From the NCBI GenBank assembly GCA_025823825.1, contig GCA_025823825.1_4720.1: a stretch of 64,000 bases of DNA, one strand, 5' to 3'. This document shows, piece after piece, positions 57,004-64,000 of this stretch (positions are counted from its first letter, which is position 1; every line of letters starts with the position of its first letter). A model generated the notes under the pieces. The model was not told the origin of the DNA, did not search any database, and saw only the letters and a list, made by a program, of their open reading frames with translations. The position numbers and the translations under genes were made by a program. The stretch comes from a phage.

Positions 57004-57977
57004 TAAGTTCGGTAATGAGATCTGTCCATGTCTCGTGACACGTCATCATTTCCTGTTCTCGACTTAGTATGCCGATGTCTGCGTGGACGCTGGACTCGAA
57101 CCGGTCTAAAAGGACCCGAAGAACGTGCACCTTGTCGATGTATTTCACCGTTATCCAAGAAAGCGGTTGCCATCGACTCAGCATCCATCCGGTACTCGGG
57201 AACCCCAAACTCATATAGTACGGGTTGCACGGGACCGAAGACGGAGCGGCGTTGTTTAAATCGTTCCTTAAGGGCAAGGCCTTGTTTAATGTAAATGGGT
57301 TCATTGGCGAGTTGTTTCGCTTTTCGTTTCGCGTGAGCCAATCGAAGTTCTTCCAATTGCCCAAGCCATTCAAATTGTTCATCTGTTAGCTCCTGGGGAC
57401 GTTCAACAATCGCGCCAGATGGGCAGACATTGATCGTGATGTTAATTGATGGCATCGCCATCACTTGAGGGTTACTATTACGTACGCGGACAACATGTTC
57501 GGTTGCTGACTTACGATCAACGCAATACTCTGTTTCTTGGAACTCAAATGCTTTTAACGGCGTTGGTTTTGTTTGACGTTTAGGAACGCGGCCAAGATCA
57601 ACAATATAGGCATAATCGCACACACGTTCTATTCCGTAAATACGGTTATCCGACCAGTTCTTACCAAACAGCTTGTTGTGATGATAAGACAGATATTCGG
57701 TTACCATACCCTGGACAACATCGAAGTCTTCTCGAAATTCAGGTTGGTACCAAATCGGGCCGAGAATATCTGCGAACGATTCATGGCGATATCGAGGATC
57801 ATGTCGAGTCCATGTCATTCTCTGATTAAGATCGAAATCCACCAACAACTCGGTTAATTGCAATTTTTCCTTCGGAGAAAGCTGGCGTTGATGATGCAAA
57901 CTCAGACAATCGATAAGCGGTAATGAAACCCACGATGCTAATGTGTACAAATCGATCCTGGCTAATCTCTTGGTCAT
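57000..57977 (-). CDS. hypothetical protein
   Basis: 325 aa ORF. Confidence 0.5.
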   Translation of the reverse strand: MTKRLARIDLYTLASWVSLPLIDCLSLHHQRQLSPKEKLQLTELLVDFDLNQRMTWTRHDPRYRHESFADILGPIWYQPEFREDFDVVQGMVTEYLSYHHNKLFGKNWSDNRIYGIERVCDYAYIVDLGRVPKRQTKPTPLKAFEFQETEYCVDRKSATEHVVRVRNSNPQVMAMPSINITINVCPSGAIVERPQELTDEQFEWLGQLEELRLAHAKRKAKQLANEPIYIKQGLALKERFKQRRSVFGPVQPVLYEFGVPEYRMDAESMATAFLDNGEIHRQGARSSGPFRPVRVQRPRRHRHTKSRTGNDDVSRDMDRSHYRTY

Positions 57978-58068
57978 ACTCTTTTCCTAAGTCCCCATTG
58001 TTTATACACACGATATCTGGGAATAGTTAAAATATACGGCGTAAAACGAAGCAGGAGAGTTTCTGACG

Positions 58069-58389
58069 TCATTTTCTCCCTCTTCGAATACCACCGATAC
58101 CTCTTTCGTCTAAGACGTCCCAAGCACGCTTTATTTCATCCTCCGTTGCTCTGGTATCTGAAGGGACAACCATAACACAGTCGTGGAATGGCCAATGTGT
58201 AGGTCTGGGGTCAGCGAACAAATCATCCCATTCAAATGTCCATTCTTTCTTTGAGCGGTTGTAGTAGAGCGTAAGATACGTATTGGTGTATGCTGGATAA
58301 CCGTGCATAACCTCAATATTCTTACGATCCAGCCGTTCCTGATTCCAATCGTTAAACCGCTTTCTTATTTTCTCCCACCATTTTCCCAT
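58069..58389 (-). CDS. hypothetical protein
   Basis: 106 aa; AGGAGAAAGC before ATG. Confidence 0.45.
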   Translation of the reverse strand: MGKWWEKIRKRFNDWNQERLDRKNIEVMHGYPAYTNTYLTLYYNRSKKEWTFEWDDLFADPRPTHWPFHDCVMVVPSDTRATEDEIKRAWDVLDERGIGGIRRGRK

Positions 58390-58405
58390 GCTTTCTCCTA
58401 CGCGG

Positions 58406-58433
58406 CATAAAAGCCTGCCCCGAAGGACAGGCT
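58406..58433 (-). terminator. hairpin AGCCTG...CAGGCT followed on minus strand by TTTTATGCCG
   Basis: Inverted repeat seen directly. Confidence 0.5.
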
Positions 58434-58442
58434 CGATAGAAC

Positions 58443-58643
58443 TTAATAACCATCCAATTTCAATGAAGGATGGTTGACGATATGTGCGTGTTTTGCTGGG
58501 TCATATAGCTGATATGGAAAATAGCCATGCCATTGACGACCTTGGCATTTCGTACACAAGAACTGACCAACACCTTGTCGATTCTCGTAAGCGAGTTCGG
58601 TACTATCAACATGACCGCAACGTTCGCAAATAAACAGCGACAT
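58443..58643 (-). CDS. small zinc-ribbon protein
   Basis: 66 aa; CERCGH...CTKCQG. Confidence 0.4.
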   Translation of the reverse strand: MSLFICERCGHVDSTELAYENRQGVGQFLCTKCQGRQWHGYFPYQLYDPAKHAHIVNHPSLKLDGY

Positions 58644-58681
58644 AGCGCATCCCCATTCACTTGAACTTTTTTGGTTCGGTG

Positions 58682-59662
58682 TTAGAAAAGCAAGAAACCG
58701 CTGTTCTTCGCTTCTGCTACAGTTTCATCACCAACTTTCGGTGCTTGTTGACGTGCGTTACGATGTTCGATGTAACGTTTCGCTTCGTCAGCGATTTGTT
58801 TGATAATACCCCCTAAACGATCGGTACTTAAAACAAACGACGTCGCTTCACGAATCGGACTGCTTTCAGGCACAAAACCATCACAGCTGTAAATAGCGCT
58901 AACACCCATGACTTTTGTCGCGTCTTTCGGATAAAGCGTACAGAAAGCAATCGGGCTATCGTTCTCTTTCGTCCAATCGTATCCCATGAACGTATTCAGT
59001 TCGGTAATCGTTGGTTCCAAACCGGTAACACGTGGATGGTTTAAGAAGTTTTCCAGGTCGGCGCTGTCAAGACGGCGGTTCTCGCCAGAAAACAGAACAC
59101 AAAGCTGGCTAATAACAACCTGGACGTCCAGGTTGACATCCTGCTCCGATTTCCCATTTTCGCCATTCATGTGATAGCTAACAATCACCGGACGTTTCAA
59201 TCCTTCTGCAGCTGCCATCAGTCCTTTAAAGGTACGATCGGCGTTGATCGTTTGACGCTCATCATCGAACGAGGCAACGATGCAACATACCACACGTTCA
59301 CCACGTTCCAGCAGGTTAGCAACCAACGCAGGACCGGCAACAGAACCTGAACCACCGCTCAAACTAAAGACCACGATATTAAATTTACCTGGCGTATGCT
59401 TATTGAGAATACCTGGGATTTGCGAGCAGATCAGTTCAGCGTTCTCGTCGCGCTTCTTACCAGAACCGTCTAACTCACGACCGGCCGCATCTTTAAAGAT
59501 GTAAATATGATCGTCGTCCAGTGTGCTATCGCGTAGGTTAGCGCGGCTGGTATCAACATACGTCATGCTGTGTAATCCTTTCGCGACTTCGCCTTCAAAT
59601 GCTGAGCCGATTTCGCCACCACAACCACCGACAGCCCAAATATGTACTTGGTTCTCTTGCAT
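58682..59662 (-). CDS. phuZ: tubulin/FtsZ-like GTPase (PhuZ-like phage tubulin)
   Basis: 326 aa; VGGCGGEIG and SLSGGSGSVAGPA glycine-rich GTP-binding loops. Confidence 0.7.
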   Translation of the reverse strand: MQENQVHIWAVGGCGGEIGSAFEGEVAKGLHSMTYVDTSRANLRDSTLDDDHIYIFKDAAGRELDGSGKKRDENAELICSQIPGILNKHTPGKFNIVVFSLSGGSGSVAGPALVANLLERGERVVCCIVASFDDERQTINADRTFKGLMAAAEGLKRPVIVSYHMNGENGKSEQDVNLDVQVVISQLCVLFSGENRRLDSADLENFLNHPRVTGLEPTITELNTFMGYDWTKENDSPIAFCTLYPKDATKVMGVSAIYSCDGFVPESSPIREATSFVLSTDRLGGIIKQIADEAKRYIEHRNARQQAPKVGDETVAEAKNSGFLLF

Positions 59663-59726
59663 GTGAACTCCTAACTTAATATGTATTTAACGCACAATGA
59701 ATCTTTCTTTGCTAAAGGGGTGACCC

Positions 59727-60569
59727 ATGGGTGCTATTGACTACAGTGTAGATCGTATCTGTCGTACAATACCGGCAGATATCCTACAGTATTGCTATAT
59801 CGATCGTTACGACTGGCGTAATCGCTATCCTCGTTCCGTAGAAGACATCATTACCGATTGGGTAATCCGTAAACGGGTTATCGGTGACATCGATATCTAC
59901 GGGGGACTACAAACCGTTATTCCCCTTGACGATGCAGGTGTCACTATCGAAGAAGTCACCATTAACTGTTATGTTTTCCATATTCCGTTGGAAGCCACGC
60001 AGGGACGTTACATCACGTCCGCATTATCCATTATCTCAGGAAGCGTGAACAACTACGGAATAAACTATAACGGTCAATGGGGCGCTTTCAACCAAACCCA
60101 GTTTCAACGTCAGCTTTGTGGGTGGAACCCTGCAAGCAACACGTTACAGCAAGGGATGAACGCGTTCGGTCCCATGAACGTTCTTAGTACAGCCAACGTC
60201 GACATCATCGCCCCTAACACCATCATGGTGAACAACGTCACGCCTGTACAATTTCCCCTGAGCCTACGCTGTTTCCTTGCCCACGATCCAGAACTCACCA
60301 ACCTCAGCATGGAGGTTTGGAACGACTTCTACAAACTCTGTTTATACGCCACACAAAGTGACATCTACAACAGAACCGTTATCCGTCTCGATAGAGGTGT
60401 TACAGCACAAGGACAAGAAGTCGGTGCATTCAAGGAATACATCGATCGCTTTGCTGATGCTGAAAACACGTACCAAGAATTCCTGAACGAAACGTGGGCG
60501 GGCGTTGCTGCCTGGAACGATCCACAAACTAAACGTCGTGCTATTCGACTACAAACCGGTTACTTCTGA
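59727..60569 (+). CDS. hypothetical protein (plus-strand gene)
   Basis: 280 aa from ATG 59727. Confidence 0.55.
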   Translation: MGAIDYSVDRICRTIPADILQYCYIDRYDWRNRYPRSVEDIITDWVIRKRVIGDIDIYGGLQTVIPLDDAGVTIEEVTINCYVFHIPLEATQGRYITSALSIISGSVNNYGINYNGQWGAFNQTQFQRQLCGWNPASNTLQQGMNAFGPMNVLSTANVDIIAPNTIMVNNVTPVQFPLSLRCFLAHDPELTNLSMEVWNDFYKLCLYATQSDIYNRTVIRLDRGVTAQGQEVGAFKEYIDRFADAENTYQEFLNETWAGVAAWNDPQTKRRAIRLQTGYF

Positions 60570-61096
60570 TTAACGACAGCTTCCTCCCTCGGTGTTTTCG
60601 AGGGAGGTATTTGCCGTTTGAAGACTTTCAGTACGTTCGCAAATTCAGCAGCAATAATACAGGCCGAGGTTGATAGCTTATTACTGAAAATGAGATCGTC
60701 CGGTAAACAATCGAACTGAATACCGTATTGCGTCTTTGTCTCATCAACGATCAATGACGGTGTCGATCTTGTCTTCGCGATGTCGGTGATATACAAACGT
60801 AAAAATAATTCACCGTCTTCGCTATCCATAAAACGATAGGCGTTACCAGAAAACGCAACACATGGCGTAACGATAAATTGAACACGATCGTCGGTCGGAT
60901 GGATATTTAACCAACGTTCGATATCACTGCTACTCACATTTTGCATATTTACTACGGTAAAAGCAAATAGCGTATCATGATGTTTGGAATAATGCAGCAC
61001 ATACGCCGCACCTTTCTTTTTGTGAATCCCTTCAATGTATTCTATTGTCGTATAGCCGGATTTATATAGCTTTGCTTTCGGTTTCTCACTCATCAT
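60560..61096 (-). CDS. hypothetical protein
   Basis: Start moved to ATG 61096 (ATGA overlap); C-terminal residues encoded through the hairpin. Confidence 0.45.
   Translation of the reverse strand: MMSEKPKAKLYKSGYTTIEYIEGIHKKKGAAYVLHYSKHHDTLFAFTVVNMQNVSSSDIERWLNIHPTDDRVQFIVTPCVAFSGNAYRFMDSEDGELFLRLYITDIAKTRSTPSLIVDETKTQYGIQFDCLPDDLIFSNKLSTSACIIAAEFANVLKVFKRQIPPSKTPREEAVVNQK
60583..60613 (+). terminator. hairpin CCTCCCTCG...GAGGGAGG followed by TATTTGCCG
   Basis: Inverted repeat after the plus-gene stop; overlaps the 3' end of the convergent minus gene. Confidence 0.5.
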
Positions 61097-61392
61097 AACA
61101 ACCCTTCCCGTTTCATCGCAGCACGCATACTTGCGTAAAGCGCATTCTTCATTGCACCTGGACGCAACGGATAACAAATCTCATATCGACGTCCTTGTTT
61201 TACAGCAATTTTCCTTCCGTTCAGAAACAACGTGCCATTATCTAGCAACAACTCACCTTGTAGTACCATGAGTCCTGCTTTAACATGACGTCCTTCTTCT
61301 TTCGTTAAGACCTTATAGCCGTGTTTATCCAATAACCACAATTCGTAGATACCACGCGCAGCCTTCGGCATTACTTTCTTCTTCGTCGTCAT
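61093..61392 (-). CDS. hypothetical basic protein
   Basis: 99 aa ORF. Confidence 0.4.
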   Translation of the reverse strand: MTTKKKVMPKAARGIYELWLLDKHGYKVLTKEEGRHVKAGLMVLQGELLLDNGTLFLNGRKIAVKQGRRYEICYPLRPGAMKNALYASMRAAMKREGLL

Positions 61393-61404
61393 GGAAGATC
61401 CTCC

Positions 61405-61779
61405 TTAAACTCCTTGTCGGATCATCACCAACCGGAGCATGTTGTATTCCAATGTAGCGCTTTCTAATTCGAATTCATATCGATACCAGAAATTCGGCTC
61501 TAATTGACCTACAACACATTTACGAACATCTGTCTGCACCTTCCTCGACAGCACCTGTAACAGTTGTGTTATCTCCGGCTTGAAGTAATGCGCCAAACCT
61601 AACTGATCAGAATAAAACAGGCCACAATCAAAGATGGCCTGTAAAATAACATATTCAACCATCAGGTGACGCGCATCGGGGTCAGGGAATGGCGAACGTA
61701 AAGCGAGGTCTAACACATCGACAATTGGGCCGACATAAATGGCGGCACGGTACTCACGAATAACGCTGATGTTATCCAT
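61405..61779 (-). CDS. hypothetical protein
   Basis: 124 aa ORF. Confidence 0.4.
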   Translation of the reverse strand: MDNISVIREYRAAIYVGPIVDVLDLALRSPFPDPDARHLMVEYVILQAIFDCGLFYSDQLGLAHYFKPEITQLLQVLSRKVQTDVRKCVVGQLEPNFWYRYEFELESATLEYNMLRLVMIRQGV

Positions 61780-61792
61780 GATAACCTATTCG

Positions 61793-62617
61793 TTAACTAT
61801 CGCTTTCTGATGTATCGACGTAGTTGAAAATACGATCCCGTAAGCACTCGTAACGAGGCAATGCGCTAAGAATGATCATCTTCAACTGCATCGCGATCGA
61901 TACGCGTTCTTCATCCGATGCATCGTCTCCCCATTTACCAGGCTTAACCTGAATGGGTTCGTGCGGATCCTGCGGGAATATAAAACTTAACAACAGATAA
62001 TCCGTACGGAACTCCCATACTTCTCGACCGTCGTTATCGGTTTCTTTACGCAACGTGAAGAGTTGACGTTCGGTGGTTGGATCCAGCATCAGCGGTCGAC
62101 CACGAACAATCTCCAGTTTACGTGGACTGACGAACGTCGTACGTTCAGGAAGGTATTTTTCAACATCATCCGTATCCAACAAGAACAAAATGATGTCGTC
62201 GAAATACTTCGGTGCGTACGTGTGTATCGGTTCACCGTCGCTATACGAAGAGATCTCTTGAAGTATTGGTGTCTTACACGAAAAGTTCTGGCACGAACCA
62301 CGGGTGATCGGTAAGGTGGTCCATTGATGTTCTGTAGACAATTCAACAGGCACCAACGGATAATCATCGATGAAGACCACACACGTTGTACTAATGGGTA
62401 TTCTTCCATCATTACCTGGCTCAAAAACCAAACGTATCTTACCAGTAATCAACGCCATCTCATCTGGCATTAAATGGCTTGCTGAACGAGCAAGTCTGAA
62501 ACCGCTCGCCTGTTTATAAGGTTCGGGTTTATAGCCACGGACAATAAGAGAGACATCCGCAAGTTCAACGCTCACAAATACATCTTTGGTGTCTTCATTG
62601 TTCGTCGTTAACGTCAT
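61793..62617 (-). CDS. hypothetical protein
   Basis: 274 aa ORF. Confidence 0.5.
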   Translation of the reverse strand: MTLTTNNEDTKDVFVSVELADVSLIVRGYKPEPYKQASGFRLARSASHLMPDEMALITGKIRLVFEPGNDGRIPISTTCVVFIDDYPLVPVELSTEHQWTTLPITRGSCQNFSCKTPILQEISSYSDGEPIHTYAPKYFDDIILFLLDTDDVEKYLPERTTFVSPRKLEIVRGRPLMLDPTTERQLFTLRKETDNDGREVWEFRTDYLLLSFIFPQDPHEPIQVKPGKWGDDASDEERVSIAMQLKMIILSALPRYECLRDRIFNYVDTSESDS

Positions 62618-63632
62618 TGTTCATTTTCTCCATTGCAACAAATCGTTCAAGCTCGCGTAATAAACGCTCTTTTAACGCAGGATCAACTTCCGGAGCATGT
62701 TTATCACGATACCACTCTGTCCCGTTGTATTGCAGGCTAACGTGCCATGTTCCTAAAGGGCTTTCCTCTGCAGCAGCAATGAAATTCTTAACGCCGGTTT
62801 TGGTAGGATACTCCATGATAGGAACAGCCTGCTTCAGATCCATCACGGTAAGATCCTGGAAGTTATAATCCAGGAGCGTTAACGCACGTTTGTCACGTAG
62901 CAGTAACCCGCAATCCAAAATGGTGAAATCGATACCCCAAAATTGTAGCTTACCGCCCGTACTGATAGGAATATGACCGCGATAGACCGCGAGATAGATC
63001 TCCCCCTTATCGGTTTCTTTATTGTATCCTGCGATGAATGCTGCGGTAATTAACGGCTGATCACCTTTCGCAAAGAAAACAGGATGCGTACGATAAAGCC
63101 AATCATTACGGATTAAATCTGATACCTGGCCTAAACGTGCCGTGGGCACCATTGTCGAGCCTAAGTCACTATTACTAACTTCGAATTGGTAATATTCAAA
63201 CAGAACACCGTCGACTTCTTCTTTAGCGTATGGCTCACGAGCCGGATTAGCGAGTAGGTAACGTAACTTGTTATCGATTTCGGCTACGCGTTCCTCATGG
63301 GTATCCATACGACTAGCGATGACGAAAGCAGCCAGATTACGTACGCTAAGGAACACGTCATCTTTCTCTTGGTCACTTAGTCCTTCTTCATCTGCTAGCG
63401 TTGTCCAATGCAGTGGCCCCTCCACCATCTTTAACCATTTGTCTTCACGCTCTGGGTAAACAAAGGGTTTATGCACAGGAACATTGGTATGCTGAACGCG
63501 CAATAGTAACGAACAAGGGGATTGCATTATCGACTCCCATGGCACTATACCACTCGTGACAGCGATGACGTGACGATTAAGAACAAGAGAAGCTGAATAG
63601 GTGATGTTATCTAATCCTGGTAATTGATCCAT
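62595..63632 (-). CDS. hypothetical protein
   Basis: 345 aa ORF followed upstream by AT-rich region. Confidence 0.5.
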   Translation of the reverse strand: MDQLPGLDNITYSASLVLNRHVIAVTSGIVPWESIMQSPCSLLLRVQHTNVPVHKPFVYPEREDKWLKMVEGPLHWTTLADEEGLSDQEKDDVFLSVRNLAAFVIASRMDTHEERVAEIDNKLRYLLANPAREPYAKEEVDGVLFEYYQFEVSNSDLGSTMVPTARLGQVSDLIRNDWLYRTHPVFFAKGDQPLITAAFIAGYNKETDKGEIYLAVYRGHIPISTGGKLQFWGIDFTILDCGLLLRDKRALTLLDYNFQDLTVMDLKQAVPIMEYPTKTGVKNFIAAAEESPLGTWHVSLQYNGTEWYRDKHAPEVDPALKERLLRELERFVAMEKMNNDVNDEQ

Positions 63633-64000
63633 GATAGGAATCCTTAGTATGTTTGATATGTTGTTTAATTGACATATTAAGTTTAAAAGAGGTTATGTTT
63701 TACGTAATGTTAATAACGTATTCTTATCTCTATTAAGTTATGTTCTATCTAAAGATAGTAAACAGATATAATGCTCCCCACCTCCCCATTCTCCCAAGTA
63801 ATACTGGCCTACCGGCCCTCTCCTTTTTAAGGGAGAGAGTAAGCATTCAGTATTGCTCAAATGAATAAGCAAAACAGTATAAACTTACCGTCTCGAGACA
63901 ACTCGAGACGGCGTAGTAGTATCTGTTTATCTCTTTTATGTTAACAGCCTATTTCTGCATGAACCTTTAACGATTCGAATACATCTTCCTTCTTTATCAT

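Noticed and set aside
56753-57382. ORF 56753-57382 (209 aa)
   Set aside because: It overlaps two abutting ORFs (56320-57003 and 57000-57977) that join with an ATGA overlap; likely an alternative-frame artefact.
11508-60613. The dispersed C-rich/G-rich hairpins as a CRISPR array or repetitive extragenic palindromes
   Set aside because: They are single copies in separate intergenic gaps with variable loops and no regular spacing; they behave as terminator/promoter-associated elements.
1-64000. T5-like or T4-like phage identity (suggested by NAD-ligase, Dam, ThyA, phosphatase)
   Set aside because: Split multisubunit RNAP genes and a tubulin-like gene are not features of those groups; the window fits a nucleus-forming jumbo phage better.

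Overview
This 64 kb window looks like part of the early/replication–transcription region of a large virulent, nucleus-forming jumbo phage (phiKZ-like / Chimalliviridae-like), probably of an enterobacterial host. That assignment is inference from motifs read by eye; no database search was run. About 90% is coding, mostly on the minus strand, with three short plus-strand islands (21471-25102, 34319-34672, 50978-52072 and 59727-60569). Recognisable products: partial NAD-dependent DNA ligase, Dam methyltransferase, ThyA-family enzyme, calcineurin-like phosphatase, HD-domain protein, DEDDh exonuclease domain protein, SNF2-like and DExH helicases, Mre11/SbcD-like nuclease, SSB-like protein, PhuZ-like tubulin, and split multisubunit RNA polymerase pieces (beta' C-terminal, beta C-terminal, beta' N-terminal). 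The standout finding is that the beta' N-terminal gene appears to be interrupted by three tandem ORF-less group I introns, with the catalytic NADFDGD motif rebuilt from 13-nt and 10-nt micro-exons. Other signals: a conserved TATATTAC-containing promoter-like motif (4 copies), about 20 dispersed CCCTCC/GGGAGG hairpins usually followed by TTTATGCYG, two tandem paralog families, a G11 tract inside dam, and an A17 tract. No tRNA, rRNA, CRISPR array, integrase or transposase was recognised. Most small ORFs are hypothetical. Some start codons were moved off the supplied ORF track where it appeared to extend through an upstream hairpin on a non-ATG start; coordinates of non-coding elements are approximate.
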